Origin: Candidatus Eiseniibacteriota bacterium
GTDB lineage: Bacteria > Eisenbacteria > RBG-16-71-46 > JABDJR01
Direction of reading: 5' to 3'
Length of the DNA stretch: 64,000 nt
Assembly (NCBI GenBank): GCA_963728475.1
Contig: CAVSKL010000003.1
Coordinates: 393,573-457,572, forward strand
The position numbers were made by a program, and so were the translations under genes. Positions 9,951 through 18,320 of the stretch are shown here, piece by piece (the stretch's first letter is position 1; the number at the start of each line of letters is the position of its first letter). Under the pieces are notes generated by a model that saw nothing but the letters and a program-made list of their open reading frames with translations, did not search any database and was not told where the DNA came from.

Positions 9951-11594
9951 GTGGTCGCCATGAAGCTGCGTCGTTACGGTTCCGCCTTGCACAACCGCTT
10001 CCGCCACGGGAATGGACAGGGAACCGTACCGCCGCCGGTGACCAGCCTGCGCCCGCGGCGCGTCTCGGTGGTCATTCCCGCACGCAACGAAGAACACCTG
10101 ATCCGCACCTGCATCGACTCCGTCCTCGCCCAGGACTATCCCGGCGACCTTGAGGTCATAGTCGTGGACAATGGGAGCTCCGACCGCACCGCGGAGCACG
10201 CCTACCGTTCCGGCGTGCGGGTGGTGGGCGAACCCCGCCCCGGGTACGTCGTCGCGCTCATGGCCGGGTTCCGGGAAGCCAGCGGGGACATCGTCGCGAC
10301 AACCGACGCCGACACCGTCGTCCCGGCGAACTGGATCTCGCGAATCGCCTGGGAGTACGAGAACAATCCGGATGTAGTGGCAGTCGGCGGGGCCATTCAT
10401 TTTCACGACCCGAACTGGCGGGGCTGGCTGTTCACCCGGCTGCTGCTCCCGGTGCTTACGCGTCTCGATGCGACCAGCCCTGCCGGAGCGCATCTCTGGG
10501 GAGCCAACTTCTCCGTCCGCCGCGACGTGTTTCAAAGCGCCGGCGGCTGGAGCACCGACTTCAATCTCCAGGCGGACACGGAGCTTTCGGAACGCCTTCG
10601 CCGCTACGGGCGCGTGGTGCGTGTTGAGGACCTTCGAGTCTCGTCTTCCTGTCGCCGGTGGAACCACTCGCTCCTCCACAGCATGTTCCTCTATGCATCC
10701 AATTTCGTGTGGTTCCGGATCACCCGACGGCCGCTATGGCATGAATTTCCGGAGATCCGGGAACTGCGGAACCTCATTCCCGCCGGGAGACCGCGCAGGA
10801 GATTCACCGTGCGGACCGGCGCCATTGCCGCGGTCGGCTTGATCCTGTTGGGGCTCGTCGGCTACGTGGCGTGCACCCCCTGGTCGAGCGCGTTCGGGAA
10901 GACCTATTGGCAGACCGCGGACACCGGCCGCGTCCTTGCGCTCACGTTTGACGATGGCCCCAACGGACCCTACACGAACGAGGTGCTCGACATCCTGCAG
11001 CGCGAGCAGGTACGGGCCACCTTCTTCCTGATCGGGGAGAACGTCCGTCTCTACCCGGACGTGGCCGCCCGTATCGCCAGGGAAGGCCACGCGATTGGTA
11101 ATCACTCCGACACGCACCCCTTCGCCTTCGGGCTAGATCCTGTCCCCCTCCTGCGAGCACAGCTGGACCGGGCCGAAGAGACGATCCACTCCGCGACTGG
11201 GATCTACCCGCGGCTGTTCCGCCCGCCGCAGGGGATTCGCTCCCCCTGGCTGATGGAGACGCTGAAACGGGACTCGCTGGTCACTGTGACCTGGGACGAT
11301 GCACCGAGGGATTGGTTGCATTATCCGGCGTCGCGCCTGGTGGAATCAACGGTTCGGCGCGCCCGCCCGGGAGCGATCATCCTTCTTCACGACGGGCTCA
11401 ATTTGGACCATCCTGCCGATCGGAGCGCCACCGTCTCCGCGCTGCCCAAGATCATTCATCGGCTGCGCGCGGAGGGGTATTCGTTCGTGACCATTCCGGA
11501 GCTGCTCGGGTGCGAGTCGTCGTTGGCCGACTGGCCGGTGGCGGCGCCGAAGCGCGCAGGGTCGACGGGCGGCCGCGGGGGCGGTCGCCGGTGA
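9951..11594 (+). CDS. Bifunctional family-2 glycosyltransferase / polysaccharide deacetylase (GT2 - TM - CE4 NodB-domain fusion)
   Basis: N-terminal VSVVIPARNEEHLIRTCIDSVLAQDYPGDLEVIVVDNGSSDRT...TTDADTVV (GT2 DxD). Central TM helix AIAAVGLILLGLVGYVA. C-terminal LALTFDDGPNGPYT...HSDTHP...LLHDG (NodB motifs). Confidence 0.8.
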   Translation: MVAMKLRRYGSALHNRFRHGNGQGTVPPPVTSLRPRRVSVVIPARNEEHLIRTCIDSVLAQDYPGDLEVIVVDNGSSDRTAEHAYRSGVRVVGEPRPGYVVALMAGFREASGDIVATTDADTVVPANWISRIAWEYENNPDVVAVGGAIHFHDPNWRGWLFTRLLLPVLTRLDATSPAGAHLWGANFSVRRDVFQSAGGWSTDFNLQADTELSERLRRYGRVVRVEDLRVSSSCRRWNHSLLHSMFLYASNFVWFRITRRPLWHEFPEIRELRNLIPAGRPRRRFTVRTGAIAAVGLILLGLVGYVACTPWSSAFGKTYWQTADTGRVLALTFDDGPNGPYTNEVLDILQREQVRATFFLIGENVRLYPDVAARIAREGHAIGNHSDTHPFAFGLDPVPLLRAQLDRAEETIHSATGIYPRLFRPPQGIRSPWLMETLKRDSLVTVTWDDAPRDWLHYPASRLVESTVRRARPGAIILLHDGLNLDHPADRSATVSALPKIIHRLRAEGYSFVTIPELLGCESSLADWPVAAPKRAGSTGGRGGGRR

Positions 11595-11655
11595 GGTGAG
11601 ACCCTTCGGGTTCCCACCGGGCGGCCCGGCGTGGGCGCCGGGGAAGGACGGATCC

Positions 11656-13044
11656 CTACTTCCAGACCTTCCCCAGGAACTCCCGGATCTCGGGGACGCC
11701 GCCCTGGAGCACGAGGTAACCGTCGTGGGGCTCCCTCGGGGTCATGTCGGAGGCGATGGGCGTGGTCATGAGGGTGCGGGCGGCGTCGGGGTCGCCGGGG
11801 TGGAGCCCCAGCGCCCAGCCGAGCTTGATGTAGGCGGTCTCGGGGAGCATGTTGGCCAGCGGCACCACCCCCAGCCCCAGGATCTCGCGTCCGGTCTCGT
11901 AGACGTGCATCTGCACGAAGCCCCACAGGGTCTGGAGCGTCATGAACACCAGCACTCCCGCCTCGCGCGCGCGCTCGAGCGCCGGGTACACCTTGCGATT
12001 CACGTGGCCGAGGCCGGTCCCGGCGATGATGATCCCCTGGTAGCCGCGCTCGATCAGGGCGTCGATCACGTCGGGCTGCATGTTGGGATAGTAATAGAGG
12101 AGGGTAACCTTCTCCTCGAACGCCGCCCGCACCGTGACCTCGCGGTCGGTGCGGCGCGGGGCGTAGTCCTGCTTGAGCGGCACGATCCGCCCGTCCTCCA
12201 CCATGGCCAGCGGAATGTCGCCGATGGTGCGGAAGGTGCTCCTATACGAACTGTGCATCTTCCGCACCCGGGTCCCCCGGTGGAGGAGGTTGTACCGGTC
12301 CGAGGTCGGGCCGAACATGCAGACCATGACCTCGGCGATCCCCCCGCGGGCCGCGGCCCAGGTGGCGTTGATGAGGTTCTGGGCCGCGTCCGAGGACGGA
12401 CGGTCCGAGGAGCGCTGGCTTCCCACCATCACGATCGGAACCGGCGGATTCTGGACCATGAAGCTCAGGGCGGCGGAGGTGTGGTGCATGGTGTCGGTGC
12501 CGTGGCCGATCACGATCCCGTCGTAGCCGTCCCGGATCGCCTCGCCGATCTTCCCGGCGAGAACGAGGTACTGCTCCGGGCCCATGTTCTCGGAGAAGAC
12601 CCCGAAGAGCTTCTCGGTCTCCAGGTTGCAGATCTCGGCCAGCTCGGGCACCGAGCCGTAGAGTTCGCCGGGGCTGAACGCGGGGATCACCGCTCCCGTC
12701 CGGTAGTCGAGCCGCGAGGCGATGGTGCCGCCGGTTCCCAGGAGCTTCACCCTGGGCTTGTCCGGGCTCACCGGGAACTCCTTCTCCGGGATCTTGTAGT
12801 GGGCCTCCTTGAAGCCCTCCACGGTGAAGGAGCGGATGGTGTCGTGGCGGAGGCCCACGTTGTATCCGGTGTTGAGCTTGAGGACCAGGTGATACGGGTC
12901 CGAGGTCTCCGAGCGCGGGAGCACCAGCCCCCGGAAATCGCCGCGGTCGGTGTGCACGGTCACGATCGACCACACCGCGACCTCGAACCTCCGCATGAGG
13001 CTCACCAGGGGCTCGCGGTACCCCTTCATCCGGTCATCGCTCAC
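11656..13044 (-). CDS. gatD: Glutamyl-tRNA(Gln) amidotransferase subunit D (archaeal-type GatD; asparaginase-like domain with an N-terminal extension)
   Basis: LLGTGGTIASRLDYRTG asparaginase motif preceded by a ~95-aa GatD-type N-terminal domain (...LKLNTGYNVGLRH...). Overlaps the stop of the upstream gatE-like gene. Confidence 0.75.
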   Translation of the reverse strand: MSDDRMKGYREPLVSLMRRFEVAVWSIVTVHTDRGDFRGLVLPRSETSDPYHLVLKLNTGYNVGLRHDTIRSFTVEGFKEAHYKIPEKEFPVSPDKPRVKLLGTGGTIASRLDYRTGAVIPAFSPGELYGSVPELAEICNLETEKLFGVFSENMGPEQYLVLAGKIGEAIRDGYDGIVIGHGTDTMHHTSAALSFMVQNPPVPIVMVGSQRSSDRPSSDAAQNLINATWAAARGGIAEVMVCMFGPTSDRYNLLHRGTRVRKMHSSYRSTFRTIGDIPLAMVEDGRIVPLKQDYAPRRTDREVTVRAAFEEKVTLLYYYPNMQPDVIDALIERGYQGIIIAGTGLGHVNRKVYPALERAREAGVLVFMTLQTLWGFVQMHVYETGREILGLGVVPLANMLPETAYIKLGWALGLHPGDPDAARTLMTTPIASDMTPREPHDGYLVLQGGVPEIREFLGKVWK

Positions 13045-15118
13045 CGGCGTCCTCCTTCCACGTCCCGGAAAGCGTTTCGGCCAGCCGCGCCTCCACCCGG
13101 AGGGGGTCCATCCGCCCCAGGAGCGCCGGCATCACCCGGCCCATCGCCCACCGGAGCACGGTTTCCCGGCTCTTTCCCGCCAGGCCCGGGGCCCGCTCCG
13201 CGGTGCCGGCCACCAGCGCCGCCAGCTCGTGCGCCTCGGTTCCGCGCGGCCGGTAGGCATCCAGGATGCGTTCGGCGGGGACCTCGGGTTCGGTGGCGAC
13301 TCGCGCCAGGACCGCGTCGAGCGCCTCCGGCCGGAACTCGCCCCGCTCCAGCGCCCGGACCGCCGGGGCCAGCCGCTCCGCCGGGGGGAGGGCGGCCGGG
13401 CGCAGGTCCCGGCGGAGCCTCGGTCCCAGCTTCGCCAGCCCCGCGGCCAGGCGACGGGCCGGCGTCCCCGCTTGCGGCGCCGCCTCGGCAAACAGGCCGG
13501 CCCAGGGCGCGTCCACCAGCCGCCGCGCCGCCGCCGGATCCAGGCCCGCCCGCACCAGCTCCGCCTCGCGCTCGAACGGCCGCCGGGGGAGCCGCTCCCG
13601 GATCTCTGTCACCCAGGCGTCGGGGATCGGAACCGGCGGGGTGTCGGTGTCGGGGTACATGCGGTCGGCCCCGGGGAGGATCCGCTCGAAACCGGTGGTG
13701 CCGTCGGGGAATGCCTGCCGGGTCTCCGCCGGCACGCCCACCAGCGCCTCCCGGGCCCGGATCAGGATCTCCCGCACCGCGGTGTCCACGTCCCGCTCCG
13801 GCCCCCACACCGCCACCACCACGTCCTCGGGGCGGGCCCGGAGCGCGGTCCGGAGCTGCTTCCACTCCGCGCTCCCCAGCCCATAGCCGGGGATGTCGGA
13901 GTGGATCAGGAACGGGCGGGCGGTGAGGCAGGCGATCACCCGCGCCCGGCCCGCGAACTCGCCGGCGAAGGTCACTCCGGGCTGGGTGCGGTGGGTGAGG
14001 AGCCCGCCGAAACCGGGGAGCCGTACCGCCGCCGCGAACTCGCCGCGGTCGAGGACGTCGCGGACCGGGGCGAAGTCGGAACGGCGGAGCACCGCGGTGG
14101 CGTCGGTCACCAGCGCCGAGGTCTCCCACGCCTTGCCCGGATCGGGAAGGGGGAGCGCGCCGGCGGTGACTCCGCGGCGGGCCAGCTCCGCCCGGATCCT
14201 CAGGAGGTTGAGCTGGCGGAAGCCCTCGATGTGCACCAGGCGGGGAAGGTGGCGGTGGTTGTCGACTCCCTTGATCTCGGTCCGGCGGCCGCCGGCCACC
14301 GACACGTTCACGTCCTGGCGGGCCGCGCCGGGGCCTCGGCGCACCCTGTCCGAGGCCCGGGTGATCCGGGCAATGAGGCGCGCCCCCGCCTGCAGCTCCA
14401 GCGGGGTCAGGAGTTCGGGCTCGGTCACCACCTCGGTGAGGGGCATGCCCAGCCGGTCGGTGCGGAAGACGACGCGGTGCCCCACGTCCGAGACCTCGCG
14501 GCAGGCGTCCTCCTCCAGGGAGAGTTGGCGGATCGTGAGTTCCCGGTCCACTCCCAGGGCGGGTTCGCGGAAGGGGATGGTGCCGGCCAGGCCCATCATC
14601 GCGGTGCGCTGGAAGCCGGTGGGGATGGAGCCGTCCAGGTATTGCTTGCGCATCACGTGGAGTTCGGAGACCAGGTTCAGGTTGAAGAGCATGGAGATCT
14701 CGAGGGCGACCCGGACCGCTTCCTCGTCGATCACGAAGGGAGGGGTGTCGTCGATCTCGTAGGTGCAGACGGTACCCCGCTCCAGGAGGTAGACGATCTC
14801 CTTGTGGGTCTTGAACTCCATGAGGGCGGTGCCGTCGTACTCGCCCAGCTCACTCAAGGTGGGGCGCATGTGCCGCAGCACCTCGGCGTCGTAGTGGTCC
14901 ACGTAGACCCCGGCCGGGCAACGGCAGAAGAGCTTGGTGCGGGTGCGGAGCTGCTGATGCACCTCCAGCCCCGACATGAACCCGATCGCCCGGTAGTCGC
15001 CGGCGGACAGGGTTCCGAAGTCGCGGTCGGGGAAGTCCAGCGCCGGCTCCCGGCAGGGGTTCACGTCGCTCGGCGGCTCGAGGCCGGGCGCGGGATCTTG
15101 GGGCTCGACGGCGCTCAT
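13034..15118 (-). CDS. gatE: Glutamyl-tRNA(Gln) amidotransferase subunit E (archaeal-type GatE, GatB/E family with AspRS-like insertion)
   Basis: N-terminal GFMSGLEVHQQLRTRTKLFCRCP (GatE signature). The ~690-aa length exceeds GatB. Start placed at MSAVEPQD..., since the upstream 222 aa of the 916-aa track ORF belong to a different gene and frame. Confidence 0.75.
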   Translation of the reverse strand: MSAVEPQDPAPGLEPPSDVNPCREPALDFPDRDFGTLSAGDYRAIGFMSGLEVHQQLRTRTKLFCRCPAGVYVDHYDAEVLRHMRPTLSELGEYDGTALMEFKTHKEIVYLLERGTVCTYEIDDTPPFVIDEEAVRVALEISMLFNLNLVSELHVMRKQYLDGSIPTGFQRTAMMGLAGTIPFREPALGVDRELTIRQLSLEEDACREVSDVGHRVVFRTDRLGMPLTEVVTEPELLTPLELQAGARLIARITRASDRVRRGPGAARQDVNVSVAGGRRTEIKGVDNHRHLPRLVHIEGFRQLNLLRIRAELARRGVTAGALPLPDPGKAWETSALVTDATAVLRRSDFAPVRDVLDRGEFAAAVRLPGFGGLLTHRTQPGVTFAGEFAGRARVIACLTARPFLIHSDIPGYGLGSAEWKQLRTALRARPEDVVVAVWGPERDVDTAVREILIRAREALVGVPAETRQAFPDGTTGFERILPGADRMYPDTDTPPVPIPDAWVTEIRERLPRRPFEREAELVRAGLDPAAARRLVDAPWAGLFAEAAPQAGTPARRLAAGLAKLGPRLRRDLRPAALPPAERLAPAVRALERGEFRPEALDAVLARVATEPEVPAERILDAYRPRGTEAHELAALVAGTAERAPGLAGKSRETVLRWAMGRVMPALLGRMDPLRVEARLAETLSGTWKEDAGER

Positions 15119-15191
15119 GAACGGGTTCCTCCAGGCGAGACGGGCATGAACTATAGGGCCTGGGGGGCGGGGCCAGAAGGGGAAAAGGGGA

Positions 15192-15784
15192 TCAGTCGTC
15201 GTCTTCCAGCTCGATCGTGGGAAGGGGGGCGAGGACGTGGGAGTAAGCCAACCGGTGACCGCGGGACGGGTCGCGGGCGCCGTGAATGATCCCGATGACC
15301 CGGGTGATGAGGCGGTTGACCTCCTCCAGGTCCTCCGTCGAGAGCCAACCGGTGGCGCGTCCCCCCACAGGTTCCGGCGGGGCCCGTTGGGGAGAACGTC
15401 CACCGCCGCGAAGCCGGTCTCGAAATCCCGCTGGGCCATACGGATCGCTCCCCGGAGCACCCGGACGGTGGCCTGGCGCTTGGCCGGATCGTCGTGGTCG
15501 TAGAGGAGCCGCAGGCGGGGGTGAACGACCTGGAAGAGCGCCTCCTCGCGGCGGGCGGTCCGGCGGGTCCCCCCCTCGACCAGGAGGCCCACCTCGACGA
15601 GCTTTCTCACGTGGTAGTAGAGCGAGTCGGGGGTGCGCCCCACGATCCGGGCCAACTCCCGCATCGACAGGGGAGGGGCCCCGAGGAGGACGTCCACGAT
15701 CTCCTGCCGGACCTGCGAGACCAGGGCCTCGATCTGTTCGAGCCGCTTGATGGTGTAGAAGCCGTCATCTTTCTGGTGGCTCAT
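15192..15784 (-). CDS. Winged-helix (ArsR/MarR-like) transcriptional regulator. Its reading frame appears shifted at a C6 run (~15361-15367), so the C-terminal part is read in another frame ending ...LEEVNRLITRVIGIIHGARDPSRGHRLAYSHVLAPLPTIELEDDD*. As given, the N-terminal frame runs unbroken into gatE.
   Basis: N-terminal 125 aa (…EIVDVLLGAPPLSMRELARIVGRTPDSLYYHVRKLVEVGLLVEGG…) is a clean wHTH. After ~15370 the same frame turns Ser/Pro/Thr-rich, while a second frame gives a plausible helical C-terminus with a TGA at ~15192. Confidence 0.45.
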
Positions 15785-15807
15785 GGGACCTCGGCCTTGA
15801 CTCTATT

Positions 15808-15831
15808 GAAAATCGGGGGTAAATTTCAACA
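15808..15831. promoter_or_regulatory. Inverted repeat TTGAAA-N12-TTTCAA in a comparatively AT-rich stretch upstream of the wHTH regulator gene. Candidate operator or promoter element.
   Basis: Read directly from the sequence (ttgaaaatcgggggtaaatttcaa). Lies 25-50 nt upstream of the regulator start codon on the minus strand. Confidence 0.25.
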
Positions 15832-15965
15832 GCGGACCTCGAGATTCCCGGCCCGAGGACACCACGGTACACACCCGCCGGGGGGGGCTTCCCCCAGTCC
15901 CCCGGCGGGCGGTTTCCGAGGGTCGGGGTTTGAACGGGTTCGGGCCCAACGACTTGGGCCGCTAG

Positions 15966-16003
15966 TGAAGGGGCGGCGGTACCGTTGAGGTGCCGCCGCC
16001 CTT
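15966..16003 (-). terminator. GC-rich hairpin (13-bp stem, gggcggcggtacc / ggtgccgccgccc) just downstream of the M13 peptidase gene
   Basis: Near-perfect inverted repeat read in sequence. No U-tract follows, so confidence is low. Confidence 0.25.
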
Positions 16004-16101
16004 CCCTTGAGCTTCCGCCCGGAGAGCGGGGTCCGGCGCTCCCCGGGCTCCCAGCGCCGGGTCTTCATCCCCGGGCCTTTGTCCCTACCGGCCGGACCGC
16101 G

Positions 16102-18150
16102 CTACCAGATCACGCAGCGGCCTTCCCTGGCCATGGGTTCCCCCGGCTTCACCCCGAACGCGCGGGCGAACTCCGGAACGTTGGTCACGGTGCCGTCGAC
16201 CCGGAACCTTGCCGGGGGATGCGGGTCGGAGGTGACCTGCATCCGCAGGTACTGGGGGCGGGAGTCGGTGGCCCAGACCCGGGCGAAACCCAGGAAGAAG
16301 GTCTGGTCGGGGGTGAATCCCTTGAACATCGGTTCTTCCCCTCCGCCGGCCTCGGACATCCTGTAGGCGGTATAGGCCAGCTTGACCCCGCCCAGGTCCG
16401 CGATCGCCTCGCCAGTCACGAGCTTGCCCTGGACGTGGGCGTCGCCGTCCACCACGTAACCCGAGAACTGGTCGGCCACGCACTCGGTCGCCTTGTCGAA
16501 CCGGGCCCGGTCATCCTTGGTCCACCAGTTCTCCAGGTTCCCGAGGGCGTCGAACTGGCTCCCCTGGTCGTCGAATCCGTGGGTGATCTCGTGGCCCATC
16601 ACCGTGCCCACCGCGCCGTAGTTCCAGGCTTCCGGGGCCTGGGGATCGAAGAAGGGCGGCTGGAGTATCCCTGCCGGGAACACGATCTCGTTCATCGAGG
16701 GATTGTAGTAGGCGTTGACCGTCTGGGGGACCATGCCCCACTCGGTGCGGTCGACGGGCTTGCCGATCTTGTCCAGGTCGCGCTGGTTTTCGAACTCGCG
16801 CGAACGCATCACGTTGAGCACGTACGGCCCGCGGTCGATCTGGAGCTTGGAGTAGTCGCGCCACTTGTCCGGATACCCGATCTTCTGGTTCATCTTGGCC
16901 AGCTTTTCCTTGGCCTTGGTCCGCGTCTCCGGCCCCATCCAGCTCAACGTGTCCAGGTCGGCGGACAGCGCCCCGCGGATGGAGCGGAGGATCGCCTCCA
17001 CCCGGGACTTGGACTCCGGGGGGAAGTACTCCTTCACGAACTCCTTCCCCACCGCGAAACCCAGCACCCGGTTCTCGGTCCGCACCACGCGCTTCCACCG
17101 CTCTTGCTGCTTCTCCATCCCCATGAGCTGGCTGGCGAAGTTGAAGTCCTCATCCACGAACTTCTGGGTGAGGTAGGGCGACACCGAGGCGATGAAGTGC
17201 CACCGGAGATAGGTCTTCCAGTCCGGGAGGGCGGTGTCCTGGAGCATGGCGTTCACCGTCTTGAAGAAGTCGGGCGTACCCATGTTGACCTTGTCCGGGG
17301 TCCCCAGACCCATCCCCTGCAGGTAGGAGGTCCAGTCGAATTCGGGGGTGAGGTCGATGAGCTGCTTCACCGTCATCGGGTGGTAGGTCGCGTGGGGATC
17401 GCGCATCTCGACCGGGCGCAGGGACGAGAGGGCGAGCCGGGTCTCGATCGCCATCACCGTGTCCGCGTGCGCCCCGGCCGAGGCCTCGTCGTCCCCCAGG
17501 AGCTGGAACATCGCCGCGACGTGCTTGACGTAGTTGTCGCGGATCTCCTTGGACTTGGGGTCGTCCTTGGTGTAGTAGTCGCGGTTGCGCAGGCCCAGGC
17601 CTCCCTGGAACGCGCCGCCGATCACCTCTTCGCTGTTCTTGAAGTCCTGCATCGACCCGAAGTTGAAGGGAGCGCGCACCCCGATCATCTGGAGGTGCAG
17701 GATCTCGGCCTGGAGGTCCTTGGCGGACTTCATCGCGTCGATCCGGTCGAGTTCGGGACGCACCGGATCGAGTCCGGCGGCCTCGATGGCGGCGGAGTCC
17801 ATGCCGCTGGCATAGAAGTCGCCGATCTTCCGGGCCTCGCTCCCGGCGGCGGCGCCCCCGTTGGCGGCGGCGTCCTCGAGGATCCGGTGCACGCGCACGG
17901 TGTTGAGCTCGTTCAGCTCGGTGAACGTGCCGAAGGACGGGAATTCGGGGGGGGTGGGATGGTTCCGGATCCAGCCTCCGTCGGCGAATTGATAGAAGCT
18001 CTCGGCGGGGGAGACGGTGGTGTCCAGGTCGGCGCGGCTGAACGCGTCGGCGGAGAGATCCTTCGGTGCATCCCCGGCGGCGAAGGCCCGGGTGCCGGCG
18101 ACGAGCGCGGCACCCAGAAGGGCGAGCAAGGCAAGGTACGGTCGCTTCAT
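16102..18150 (-). CDS. M13-family zinc metallopeptidase (neprilysin/PepO-like endopeptidase), secreted
   Basis: HEITHGFDD (HExxH) and GEAIADLGG (ExxxD) motifs. Signal peptide MKRPYLALLALLGAALVAG. The track ORF extends 42 aa further upstream, without homology. Confidence 0.85.
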   Translation of the reverse strand: MKRPYLALLALLGAALVAGTRAFAAGDAPKDLSADAFSRADLDTTVSPAESFYQFADGGWIRNHPTPPEFPSFGTFTELNELNTVRVHRILEDAAANGGAAAGSEARKIGDFYASGMDSAAIEAAGLDPVRPELDRIDAMKSAKDLQAEILHLQMIGVRAPFNFGSMQDFKNSEEVIGGAFQGGLGLRNRDYYTKDDPKSKEIRDNYVKHVAAMFQLLGDDEASAGAHADTVMAIETRLALSSLRPVEMRDPHATYHPMTVKQLIDLTPEFDWTSYLQGMGLGTPDKVNMGTPDFFKTVNAMLQDTALPDWKTYLRWHFIASVSPYLTQKFVDEDFNFASQLMGMEKQQERWKRVVRTENRVLGFAVGKEFVKEYFPPESKSRVEAILRSIRGALSADLDTLSWMGPETRTKAKEKLAKMNQKIGYPDKWRDYSKLQIDRGPYVLNVMRSREFENQRDLDKIGKPVDRTEWGMVPQTVNAYYNPSMNEIVFPAGILQPPFFDPQAPEAWNYGAVGTVMGHEITHGFDDQGSQFDALGNLENWWTKDDRARFDKATECVADQFSGYVVDGDAHVQGKLVTGEAIADLGGVKLAYTAYRMSEAGGGEEPMFKGFTPDQTFFLGFARVWATDSRPQYLRMQVTSDPHPPARFRVDGTVTNVPEFARAFGVKPGEPMAREGRCVIW

Positions 18151-18320
18151 GATCTCCTCGTCGGGTGAGAGGGGGCCCCGTAGGGCTTGAGGACCAGGAG
18201 GGGAAGGCCAATAATGCCCCAGATCCCTCGGGCATGGGTATGGAAATCCGAGTCGATGCACCGGGGCCGCTTCCATGGAAGGTATGTTACGAGTTCACCG
18301 CGTAACCGGGAGGATTCGCA

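Noticed and set aside
11596-15289. ORFs 11596..13926 (+), 12242..12973 (-), 12950..15289 (+), 13041..14129 (-) overlapping gatD/gatE
   Set aside because: Low-complexity translations. gatD/gatE frames have strong family signatures.
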